A DNA stretch of 64,000 nucleotides from contig JAPOQD010000059.1 of NCBI GenBank assembly GCA_026710905.1, forward strand, positions 2,021 to 66,020, in the 5' to 3' direction. The number at the start of each line of letters is the position of its first letter. Position 1 is the stretch's first letter. The notes under the pieces are model-generated. The model was given only the letters and a program-made list of their open reading frames with translations. It had not been told where the DNA came from and did no database searches. The DNA comes from Halieaceae bacterium. Its GTDB lineage: Bacteria; Pseudomonadota; Gammaproteobacteria; Pseudomonadales; Halieaceae. The position numbers were made by a program, and so were the translations under genes. Positions 48,107 through 56,278 of this stretch are shown piece by piece.

Positions 48107-48120
48107 ACGACTAGCGTCTA
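48107..48120 (-). promoter_or_regulatory. variant operator candidate, plus-strand ACGACTAGCGTCTA (= TAGACGCTAGTCGT)
   Basis: Lies 86 nt upstream of the PQQ dehydrogenase start (minus strand). Shares TAGACGCTAG with 31088-31101. Confidence 0.35.
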
Positions 48121-48136
48121 TTAAAGACCTTGAAGT

Positions 48137-48366
48137 TTGTCCGCAGTCGAAGATATACCGGAGATTGTCTGGGCCCCTGACGAGGCCCTGGTAACGGGGA
48201 GCAATCTACAGGCCTTCATGACCGTTACAGCGACATGGATGCCCTGTAGGAGGCGGCGGACCGGGATCCAGCCTGGTTCCGGGCCGCCCTGTTTGAGTAT
48301 GCGGATATCCGCTTTGACCGGGCCCAGTCCCAGGTGATGGAGCAGGCGCGGCCCATAGGAGAATAA
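48137..48366 (+). pseudogene. possible N-terminal remnant of an acetoacetyl-/acyl-CoA synthetase
   Basis: EDIPEIVWAPDEALVTGSNLQAFMT, then a frame change to YSDMDAL*EAADRDPAWFRAALFEYADIRFDRAQSQVMEQARPIGE*. This recalls the start of acetoacetyl-CoA synthetases. It has one frameshift and one in-frame stop and no downstream body. Confidence 0.35.
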
Positions 48367-48369
48367 TCC

Positions 48370-49275
48370 ATGTCGAATCAGGAACTGGAACAGGTGATTG
48401 AGAAAATCCGGGCATCCCGGGCGGGGTGGGACGAAAACACCAGCATGGAGACCATCCGCATCGACCTGGATGTGCTGGCTTGCTCCTTTGCTGGAGTCGC
48501 CGGCAGCACGGTGGATCAGCTGGATGCCAACGGTGTGCCTGCGGAATTCGTAGCCGCGCCCTCTGCCGGGAGTGATGGGGTGGTCCTGTACCTGCATGGG
48601 GGTGGCTTCGCCGTGCACTCGGCGAAATCGCACCGGCACCTGGCCCAGTGGATCTCCAACGCGGCGGGGGTACGGGTACTGGTAGTTGATTATCGACTGG
48701 TCCCCGAGCATCGTTTCCCGGCCCAACTGGAGGACGCCCGGGCGGCCTATGACTGGTTGCTGCAACGGGGTACGGATCCCGGCAAGCTGTGTATCGCGGG
48801 CGATTCCGCCGGCGGTGGCCTGGCGTTGGCGCTGACCGCTGTCCTGCGGGGCGCGGAGACCGCCCTGCCCGCCGGGGTTGCAACCGTTTCGGCCTGGGCG
48901 GATGCCCGCTGTGCCGGCAACAGCTACCGGGAGCTGGCCGACGTGGACCCGGTTGGGATCTACGATATGGCGCTCTCCATGGGTGCCGATTACGTGGGAG
49001 AGGGCGGCAACCTGGACGACCCGTATGCTTCACCGGTGCACCTGGACTACGCCGGGTTTCCGCCACTGTTGCTGCAGGTCGGCACCCGCGACATGTTCAT
49101 TGATGATTCACGTACCGTGGCGGCTGCCGCCAGGGCCGCGGGAGTGTCGGTACAACTCGATGAGTGGGCCGGGATGATTCACCAGTGGCCGATGTATGCT
49201 GCGGAACTGGAGGAGGGCCGACGCGCCATCGATGAGATGGGCGGGTTTATCCGGCGCTGTATCAGCGCGCGGTGA
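48370..49275 (+). CDS. alpha/beta hydrolase, hormone-sensitive-lipase-type esterase
   Basis: 301 aa. Oxyanion motif HGGGF and nucleophile elbow GDSAGGGLA. Confidence 0.88.
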   Translation: MSNQELEQVIEKIRASRAGWDENTSMETIRIDLDVLACSFAGVAGSTVDQLDANGVPAEFVAAPSAGSDGVVLYLHGGGFAVHSAKSHRHLAQWISNAAGVRVLVVDYRLVPEHRFPAQLEDARAAYDWLLQRGTDPGKLCIAGDSAGGGLALALTAVLRGAETALPAGVATVSAWADARCAGNSYRELADVDPVGIYDMALSMGADYVGEGGNLDDPYASPVHLDYAGFPPLLLQVGTRDMFIDDSRTVAAAARAAGVSVQLDEWAGMIHQWPMYAAELEEGRRAIDEMGGFIRRCISAR

Positions 49276-49303
49276 ATCTCCTGGACACAGCGGGTTAACG
49301 CTA

Positions 49304-50899
49304 ATGTCGGGATTACTCGAGCACGCGCGTATATCGCCGGAACAGGTTGCCTTTGCTATCGGCAACAACGAATTTGTCGAAACTTACGGTCAGTTGGAGC
49401 AGCGCTCGCGCCGGGTCGCCCACTGGTTGCGATCGCTGGGCCTGCAGCGAGGTGATAGCGTCGCCATCCTGTTGGGCAATGTCGAGCAGTTCTTCGATAT
49501 CTACTGGGCAACACAACGGATCGGTTTGTTCCTCACCCCCATCAACTGGCACCTGGGTACCGCCGAGGTTGAACACATTGTGGACAACTGTGGTGCTGAC
49601 TTATTGTTCGCGTCAGTCGCTACGGCCGACACCGCTGCCCCGGTAGCGGCCACACTGGCTAATCGCGTCGCGCGCTTCGTCTCGGTTGGGGGAGAGATTC
49701 CGGGCTATTCGAGCCTGGAGCGGGCGCTGCCCGGGATGCCTGAAGACATACCGTTACAGGACCAGCAGCCGGGCTCAGTGATGATCTACTCTTCCGGCAC
49801 CACCGGGCAACCCAAGGGCATCCGCAAACCGCTTCCCGACTGTGGTCTCGAGGACGAAGCCTTGTGGGAGGCGCAAACGCGTTTTATACGCCTGTTTGGA
49901 TTCCGCCCGGGCGACCGCTACCTGTGTCCGGCACCTCTCTACCACGCCGCCCCGATACGTTCCTGCGCCGCCATGCACTGTCTGGGGGGAACCGTGCACG
50001 TGATGCGCCGCTTCGATGCGGAGGAGGCCCTGCGGATCATTGCCGGTCAACAGATTCAGGTATCCCAGTGGGTGCCCACCCATTTCAAGCGCTTGCTGAC
50101 CCTGCCGGAGAGCGTGCGCCAGGGTTACGATGTGTCCAGCCTCAGGGTTGCGGTGCACGCCGCGGCGCCCTGCCCGCCACCACTTAAGCGGGCCATGATC
50201 GAGTGGTGGGGCGAAATCCTGACTGAGTACTACGCCGGTACCGAGGGGGGCGGCACTGTGATCGATTCCGCTGAATGGCTGGCCCACCCGGGGTCTGTTG
50301 GCCGGCCCTGGCAGGGCGTGGACCTGGGCATCCTGGACGGCGCCTTGCAACCGGTGACCTCGCCGCGTGAGCCGGGCGCGGTCTATTTCCGCGACAAGCT
50401 GGCAGGCAAGTTCGTCTACCATGGGGACGAGGAAAAAACCGCGGGGGTTTATCGCGGCGACTGGTTTACGCTCGGGGATATCGGCTACCTGGATGAAGAG
50501 GGGTACCTGTACCTGACCGATCGCCAGTCGAATCTGATCATCTCGGGTGGCGTCAACATTTATCCCCAGGAGGCTGAAAACTGCCTGCTGTCCCACCCCA
50601 AGGTTCTCGATGTGGCGGTGTTCGGCATTCCCTGCGAAGAAATGGGTGAGGCGGTACATGCCGTCATCATCCCCGCCCCGGGCTATCAGGCTGATGACGC
50701 CCTGCGGCGGGAGCTGGTTGCCTGGTGTCGAGAGCACATTGCCCATTACAAGGCGCCCAGATCCATCGATTTCGTCGATGAGTTACCCCGCACCGAGACC
50801 GGAAAACTCTTGAAGAGAAAGTTGCGGGCTGTGGTGGGGGAAGGCCGCGCCGAACTACTGGCTGCTGTTGCCGCACCGCCGTTTGGGGAGAACTCCTGA
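49304..50899 (+). CDS. AMP-dependent synthetase/ligase (acyl-CoA synthetase)
   Basis: Start at MSGLLEHARISPEQVAF. MIYSSGTTGQPKGI, GYLDEEGYLYLTDR and ETGKLLKRKLR. Confidence 0.9.
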   Translation: MSGLLEHARISPEQVAFAIGNNEFVETYGQLEQRSRRVAHWLRSLGLQRGDSVAILLGNVEQFFDIYWATQRIGLFLTPINWHLGTAEVEHIVDNCGADLLFASVATADTAAPVAATLANRVARFVSVGGEIPGYSSLERALPGMPEDIPLQDQQPGSVMIYSSGTTGQPKGIRKPLPDCGLEDEALWEAQTRFIRLFGFRPGDRYLCPAPLYHAAPIRSCAAMHCLGGTVHVMRRFDAEEALRIIAGQQIQVSQWVPTHFKRLLTLPESVRQGYDVSSLRVAVHAAAPCPPPLKRAMIEWWGEILTEYYAGTEGGGTVIDSAEWLAHPGSVGRPWQGVDLGILDGALQPVTSPREPGAVYFRDKLAGKFVYHGDEEKTAGVYRGDWFTLGDIGYLDEEGYLYLTDRQSNLIISGGVNIYPQEAENCLLSHPKVLDVAVFGIPCEEMGEAVHAVIIPAPGYQADDALRRELVAWCREHIAHYKAPRSIDFVDELPRTETGKLLKRKLRAVVGEGRAELLAAVAAPPFGENS

Positions 50900-50930
50900 A
50901 CCATTACGCCAGGCAAAGGGATCCGGAATA

Positions 50931-52145
50931 ATGAACGAATTCCGCAGCGGATGGCGCCTTCTCCTGGCGGGGCTGCTGGGTAACGCTCTGGGTGTGGGCG
51001 CGATCCTGTTTTACAGCATGTCCTCCTTCATGGTGCCCCTGGAGCAGGAATTCGGCTGGACCCGCACCGAGATGGGTGGCGCGATCAGCTGCCTGATGTT
51101 TGGCTGGATTCTGGTTATGCCGCTGCTGGGGCGAATCTGTGACCGCTACGGGCCCCGCAAACCGATCCTGATCTCGATTCCGCTACTGGCCCTGTTCATG
51201 GCCGGGCTGTCCCGGCTGCAGGGGGAACTGATGCTGCTCTACGGCCTGTTCACCGCCAGCGCCGTGTTTGGCAGCGGCACCCTGGGCGTGACCTATATCG
51301 CCGCGGTGTCGAAGCGCTTCGATCGGCACCGCGGCCTGGCTTACGGTATCACCCTGGCCGGCACGGGCATCAGTGCTTTTGTGCTGCCAATCGTGTTGAA
51401 TGAGCTGATCGGGGATTACGGTTGGCGCGTCGCCTGGCTGGTGCTCGCCGGGGTGGTCTTGTGCCAGTTTCCAATTGTCTGGCTGTGGATCCGCGACAAA
51501 GACGCAGCCACCGCTGGAACGATGCCTGCTGCCACTCCTGACTCTGTCGCTGGTCTTTCCCTCGGCGAGGTGCTGCGCGTGCGCGCGTTCTGGCTGCTGT
51601 CCTCCGCGTTCCTGCTGGTAGCCCTGGTGATGGCTGGCCTGTTGATTAACCTCATTCCCCTGTTACGGGAGATCGGGCTCAGCCCCCAGGCTGCGGCTTC
51701 CACCTCCGCCGGTGTGGGTATTGGCCTGTTGTTTGCCCGGGTTGCGGTCGGATTCCTGCTGGACCGCTTCCAGGCCCGCTACGTGGCGGTGGCCGCGTTC
51801 GGGGTGGCGGCGCTGGGCTGTCTGCTGCTGGCGGGGCAGCGTACCGAATTCGCGACATTCGCGGTGTTTGCCCTGGGCTTTACCTCGGGCGCCGAGTTGG
51901 ACCTGCTCGCCTATATGAGCGCGCGTTATTTCGGCCTGCGCGCCCACGCCACCGTGTATTCCATCGGCCTGAGTATCTTCTACTTCGGGGCCGTGCTTGC
52001 GCCCCTGCTGGTGGGTGGCCTGTACGACTACGTGGGGGACTATACTCTGGCCCTGGAACTCACGATCCTGTGCTGTATTGCCGCCAGCGTGCTGATCCTG
52101 CTGATGGGGCCCTATCCCAGGTTCGAACCGCCAACGGGTCATTGA
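50931..52145 (+). CDS. MFS transporter
   Basis: Start at MNEFRSGWRLLLAGLL. About 12 hydrophobic segments. GRICDRYGPRK loop motif between TM2 and TM3. Confidence 0.88.
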   Translation: MNEFRSGWRLLLAGLLGNALGVGAILFYSMSSFMVPLEQEFGWTRTEMGGAISCLMFGWILVMPLLGRICDRYGPRKPILISIPLLALFMAGLSRLQGELMLLYGLFTASAVFGSGTLGVTYIAAVSKRFDRHRGLAYGITLAGTGISAFVLPIVLNELIGDYGWRVAWLVLAGVVLCQFPIVWLWIRDKDAATAGTMPAATPDSVAGLSLGEVLRVRAFWLLSSAFLLVALVMAGLLINLIPLLREIGLSPQAAASTSAGVGIGLLFARVAVGFLLDRFQARYVAVAAFGVAALGCLLLAGQRTEFATFAVFALGFTSGAELDLLAYMSARYFGLRAHATVYSIGLSIFYFGAVLAPLLVGGLYDYVGDYTLALELTILCCIAASVLILLMGPYPRFEPPTGH

Positions 52146-52290
52146 GCGGTACAGTCGTCTCTCTTACCCACTTCGGCAAGGCCTCCTGGCGTTTACCCGG
52201 CTTCACCAGATCGAGCCAGTGTTGATCAGGCATTGTTCGCTTCCACGGCAAGAGTGATTGACAGTCGTCGTGATGACATATATCGTTATA

Positions 52291-52304
52291 ATAGACAATT
52301 GTCT
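52291..52304. promoter_or_regulatory. candidate TetR-type operator, perfect palindrome TAGACAATTGTCTA
   Basis: Overlaps TATAAT (52286-52291). A second adjacent site, ATACTATGTGTCTA, lies at 52304-52317. Lies 52 nt upstream of the VOC gene. Confidence 0.6.
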
Positions 52305-52355
52305 ATACTATGTGTCTATCATGCGTTACGCCAGCCCGCTAGAGGGGACCTCTGA

Positions 52356-52799
52356 ATGATTCTCGGGATTTATCACGTCAACATCAACGTCACAGACATC
52401 GAGCGATCCACTGAGTTCTATGGATTGCTGGGTTTTACAGTGGTGGACAGTTTCCATGAGCGTGGCACGCCCGGGCTGGACCGTGGGCTTGGCATGCCCT
52501 ACACCGATACCAGGGCGAGGTTCCTGGCCCTCGGCAACACACGCCACGAAACCGTGCTCGACCTGGTGGAATGGATTGAACCTGAGGCCAGTAAGCCGGA
52601 GATCCAGCTCAACCAGATCGGGATGCCCCGGCTGTGCCTGCGTGTCAAAGACCTTGATGGAGAGGTGGAACGGCTCAAATCACACGGAGTGGAGTTTGTA
52701 TCTGCTCCCCAGGTGATCGATACCCTGGAGCGCAAGCCCCGCTTCGTGCTGTTCCGCGACCCCGATGGAATTATCCTGGAACTGGTTGAACTGAACTGA
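52356..52799 (+). CDS. VOC (glyoxalase/bleomycin-resistance/dioxygenase) family protein
   Basis: 147 aa. ILGIYHVNINVTDIERSTEFYGLLGF...LFRDPDGIILELVE. Confidence 0.8.
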   Translation: MILGIYHVNINVTDIERSTEFYGLLGFTVVDSFHERGTPGLDRGLGMPYTDTRARFLALGNTRHETVLDLVEWIEPEASKPEIQLNQIGMPRLCLRVKDLDGEVERLKSHGVEFVSAPQVIDTLERKPRFVLFRDPDGIILELVELN

Positions 52800-52807
52800 G
52801 GTCTGCA

Positions 52808-53242
52808 ATGGATATTCAAAAATACATGCGGGCTCCCGATGTTGGGATGGGCGATGTGCTGGTCAAGGCCTCCGCGAGCCAGTGGATTCAAACTGATCCC
52901 GAAGGGAAGGCGTTCGTTAAAGTACTGTGGACCAGTCCGGATTCGGGCGGCTGGGCGGTACTGTTCAAGTGGTTGAAAGGCTATACCGCAGACGCTCACA
53001 AGCACCTGGGGGCGGTTCACGGCCTGGTCATGTCCGGCAAGCTGAAGGTTCGTGACCAGGTGATGGAAGCCGGCGACTACGTTTACGAGGCCAACGGCAT
53101 GCTCCACGAAGCCACTGTCGCACTGGAAGACACGGTGCACCTGAACATTGCCGACGGCCCCATCCTGTTTTTCCGTGACGGCGAATTCACTCACTACGTG
53201 GGTTGGGAACAGATGTACAAGCTGCAACATGGGGAGAAGTGA
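52808..53242 (+). CDS. cupin-domain protein (ChrR / dihydroxyacetophenone-dioxygenase-like)
   Basis: 144 aa. Cupin His cluster AHKHLGAVHGLVMSG...GDYVYE.NG.LHE. Confidence 0.65.
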   Translation: MDIQKYMRAPDVGMGDVLVKASASQWIQTDPEGKAFVKVLWTSPDSGGWAVLFKWLKGYTADAHKHLGAVHGLVMSGKLKVRDQVMEAGDYVYEANGMLHEATVALEDTVHLNIADGPILFFRDGEFTHYVGWEQMYKLQHGEK

Positions 53243-53283
53243 GCAGTTGCTCTGCAGTACGTTGGCGCAGACATGTCCGCCCT

Positions 53284-53511
53284 GGAGCTTTAGAGAATGA
53301 CCACTGCAGCCAGGAATTATGGGAGGCGCAGGACGCAGATCTGGTGTTCTCCCGCTATGAAATGACCTGGACCGGCAAGCAGACAGGACGCTCGGTGACC
53401 CAACCGGTGGTGGAGTTGAATCATTTTCGCGACGGCAAGCTAGCCCGGATGGAGGTTTTCATGTCGAATCTACAGGGCCTTATGGCCACCCTGGATGAGG
53501 AGAGCGGCTAG
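53284..53511 (+). pseudogene. NTF2/SnoaL-like gene, apparently 5'-truncated
   Basis: ELWEAQDADLVFSRYEMTWTGKQTGRSVTQPVVELNHFRDGKLARMEVFMSN is the C-terminal half of a SnoaL-like fold. There is no convincing N-terminal half between the cupin stop (53242) and this segment. The stop overlaps the GTG of the next gene. Confidence 0.35.
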
Positions 53512-53885
53512 TGGATTACATCGAAGTTTCTCACCAGGTGTTGGAGTGCATCTCTTCCCGCGAATTCGATACTCTGAGAACGCTCCTGGATAATGAGGCG
53601 ACGATGGAGTTGCCCTACGCCCCCGATGGCGTTCCTGCGCTTACGGAAGGTGCGGAAAATATCGTCGCAGCAGTGGCCTACGTAGAAGAACATTTCAGAG
53701 TGTTCAAGTTACAGCCTCATGAAGCCTATTTCTGCCGGGATAGCGAGACGGTTATCCTGGAGGCGACGAGCATGGGCGTGCGCAAACCCTCGGGCACGTA
53801 TCAGAACCGCTACGTTTTTGTATTCCGGTTCAAGGGCAATAAGATTCTGCGGTGGCGTGAGTACCTCAATCCACTTCAACTCTAG
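53511..53885 (+). CDS. NTF2/SnoaL-like protein
   Basis: 124 aa with a GTG start. Paralog of 10890-11315. Confidence 0.7.
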   Translation: MDYIEVSHQVLECISSREFDTLRTLLDNEATMELPYAPDGVPALTEGAENIVAAVAYVEEHFRVFKLQPHEAYFCRDSETVILEATSMGVRKPSGTYQNRYVFVFRFKGNKILRWREYLNPLQL

Positions 53886-54012
53886 AAATCGAGGCTTGTT
53901 GGTTTGCGCGTCAGGCCTCTATGTCGCGTGGTGCACATTTACGGCGTAAGCGAAAAAGAGGTTTTTTGTTGGATATCAAAAGGATAGGGCTGACTCGACA
54001 CCAAGCTGGGGG

Positions 54013-54050
54013 TGTGGTGGTCACAGGTTCAAATCCTGTCGTCCCGACCA
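54013..54050 (+). other. tRNA 3'-end fragment (T-arm, acceptor 3' strand, CCA); probable integration-site scar
   Basis: GGTGGTCACAGGTTCAAATCCTGTCGTCCCGACCA. T-stem ACAGG/CCTGT, T-loop TTCAAAT, then CGTCCCG-A-CCA. It resembles the 3' end of elongator tRNA-Met as I recall it. No complementary 5' acceptor strand (CGGGACG) and no anticodon stem lie upstream. Confidence 0.5.
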
Positions 54051-54098
54051 GTTAGGCTGATAGCGCAGATCGCACAACACGTAATTGTGTGGTGTGTT

Positions 54099-54245
54099 AT
54101 GGCTAAAATACCCGGGGTGGTGTCGAACAAGGGCGGCGCAGGCAAAACAACAATCACCTGTACCATGGGTTGCCGCCTGGCCAGACGTGGCCAGCGCGTA
54201 CTGCTGGTCGACGCCGCACACCAAACGAGGGATTGTCCGAGATAA
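54099..54245 (+). pseudogene. ParA/Soj-type partition ATPase, N-terminal 48-codon stub
   Basis: MAKIPGVVSNKGGAGKTTITCTMGCRLARRGQRVLLVDA has the deviant Walker A motif KGGxGKT. It stops after 48 codons. Confidence 0.6.
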
Positions 54246-54389
54246 GCTCAAGCCTGGCAGTCTGTCGGACTTGGGTCTGCCCTACTGCGGAACTGTCCAG
54301 TTTGGCGCCTTTACCACACCTCTTCTTTACACGAACCAATATTCTCCGTGGAATCGCTGAAAAAAGGACACAATTCAGACTTATCCCCG

Positions 54390-56156
54390 CTATAGAAGCT
54401 CTACTTTTGCAGTCTGGTCGAACAGGTTTAGCAGGAACGGGTTGGTGTAGATTCCCTTCGGATCGTATTTGTTCAACACCTCCTTGGTGCTGTCCCAGCT
54501 TCGCGGGGTGTGGGCAAAGGCTTGCGGAATCGTGTTGTGGAGATAGTCCTCATTGGTCCAGGCGCCCTCATCGGTATAAGCCCAACCCTTGGACCATTCG
54601 CAACGTACGCTTTCTACATCGTAGTTGTCCAAAAACCACTGTTCGATTTCTTGATAAAATTCGTTGCTATCGGGTTGTCCCGGGAAGGTGAGGATGTCGA
54701 ACCACACCGCAGTATCCACCCTTCCAGAGGCATTCGTGGATTTTGTCAATGCCGAAATTGAGGGTGGCTTCAGGTTACCGTCTACATGCAAATCAGTGAC
54801 ATCCTCAAGCCCGGTAACCCTGACTTCCACAGGGCCTGACATGGGATATTTATCGTCTTCACGGTAAGAATTAAGAAGACTATTGTATTTTTTCGCAAAT
54901 CTGCGGACAACAGTTCCGACCTTTCTTCTGGGTACGTGTACAACGTATCCGTTCGCGGTGACACGAAGGGTGCTGTCCTTTATGTAGACAAGCAGATTCC
55001 AGGCCGAGCTCCAAATATCGTAGGACTGATCATAGGGTGGGACCAGGCCCTTAAGCCCGCGAACGGTGAAGAGGTAAAAAGCTTCCGAGAAGAGCGGCAC
55101 CAACTCGGTATGGCCTTCCAATATTTTTTTGATATAGTCACTGATTTCCTGTGGCAGGCTGTCAGAAAATGGATAGTTGTACGGGTGATAGACAACTCTT
55201 GATCCCTCTGGTGGTTCCGGCGTATTTTCCCAGTATTTTAGCCAGGGCTTTTTCGTGTAGGGGTACCAGATGACTTCTACGCGTCCGTATTTGTCCAGCA
55301 GATTGGAGACGCAGAAAGGGCTGTTATTTCTATTGGCATCGAAGACATCTCGCCATTTAATGTCTGTACGGCTTACACAGCGCAGAAAATAGTTGGGGAC
55401 CACCTGCAGAACGACTTCGGTAATGATGGTGCGCCCGAGGTGGGCGAGCAGCGCATCGGCGTCGGGGTGGTTTCGTGAAAAGCTGGTGACGGCATAGGCT
55501 TCCTTGTCTTCGTCCCAAACCACAGCTTCAAAGGATAGCACCAGGTTGCTCATGCTACCGGCCAGATGTGGTGATTCGGTGGAACCATCGTAGGGTACGC
55601 CGGTGCCATGGGCATCTATGGCCAGCACGCCGCCAACGGATAATTGACCGGGCGCCGGAGTGTTCTGAAAGGCCCAGCCCAGATCCTCCAGGAAGAGATA
55701 GAGGTCTTCGACGGTGGCGCCTGTGCCGACTCTTACAGTGCCGTAGTCGGAGTGACTTTCTTCTATTGTCATACCGTCCAGTTTGGAGGTATCGACAAGA
55801 ACAACGTTATCGTCTGGCTTGGTGTCCTTGGTAATAACCAGGGGTGACCAACCATGCTTGTGCCCGAAGGGACGCAAGGTACGACCCGCAACCGAGGCCC
55901 AGTTCGCCAAAGTCACAATTTCTTCGGCGCTGGTGACTTCCGCGGCCAACATGCCGGGTACGGATATGCCCTCGGACCAGTTGGTGAAATTCACGATATG
56001 GAGGGTGGGAAGCTCCTGGGCGTTGGTCAGGATTGAACCGAATGGCAGGCTGGAGGCAGCTACCGTTGAGACAATGACAGCGGAAGAGTTCCCCAAAAAT
56101 TTGCGGCGGCTCAGCCCGTTTTCCTGTTGGTTACCAGATTTTTGCAATTTACTCAT
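54390..56156 (-). CDS. Tat-exported FAD-linked oxidase (VAO/PCMH fold), class II cholesterol-oxidase-like
   Basis: GGGAGA SD, then MSKLQKSGNQQENGLSRRKFLGNSSAV (twin-arginine motif SRRKFL). RPFGHKHGWSPL is the covalent-FAD His region typical of Brevibacterium-type cholesterol oxidase. C-terminal KYDPKGIYTNPFL. The family call is from recall. The ORF track start at 56297 is probably too long. Confidence 0.72.
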   Translation of the reverse strand: MSKLQKSGNQQENGLSRRKFLGNSSAVIVSTVAASSLPFGSILTNAQELPTLHIVNFTNWSEGISVPGMLAAEVTSAEEIVTLANWASVAGRTLRPFGHKHGWSPLVITKDTKPDDNVVLVDTSKLDGMTIEESHSDYGTVRVGTGATVEDLYLFLEDLGWAFQNTPAPGQLSVGGVLAIDAHGTGVPYDGSTESPHLAGSMSNLVLSFEAVVWDEDKEAYAVTSFSRNHPDADALLAHLGRTIITEVVLQVVPNYFLRCVSRTDIKWRDVFDANRNNSPFCVSNLLDKYGRVEVIWYPYTKKPWLKYWENTPEPPEGSRVVYHPYNYPFSDSLPQEISDYIKKILEGHTELVPLFSEAFYLFTVRGLKGLVPPYDQSYDIWSSAWNLLVYIKDSTLRVTANGYVVHVPRRKVGTVVRRFAKKYNSLLNSYREDDKYPMSGPVEVRVTGLEDVTDLHVDGNLKPPSISALTKSTNASGRVDTAVWFDILTFPGQPDSNEFYQEIEQWFLDNYDVESVRCEWSKGWAYTDEGAWTNEDYLHNTIPQAFAHTPRSWDSTKEVLNKYDPKGIYTNPFLLNLFDQTAKVELL

Positions 56157-56278
56157 CAGTTTTTCTCCCGAACAATAACTATGTGGATGGTCTGCCCTAT
56201 CAGTCACATGGTGTGAAACTAGCAAATGATTCAAGAAAATTATTGGACATAGCACGCAGATTGCGGTATGAGTTCGGC

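Noticed and set aside
53976-54050. Tried to fold this as a complete tRNA gene, and also compared it with tmRNA ends.
   Set aside because: Only the T-arm, acceptor 3' strand and CCA are present. The 5' acceptor complement CGGGACG is absent, and the would-be anticodon stem (CCAAG/TGTGG) does not pair. It is kept only as a 3' fragment.
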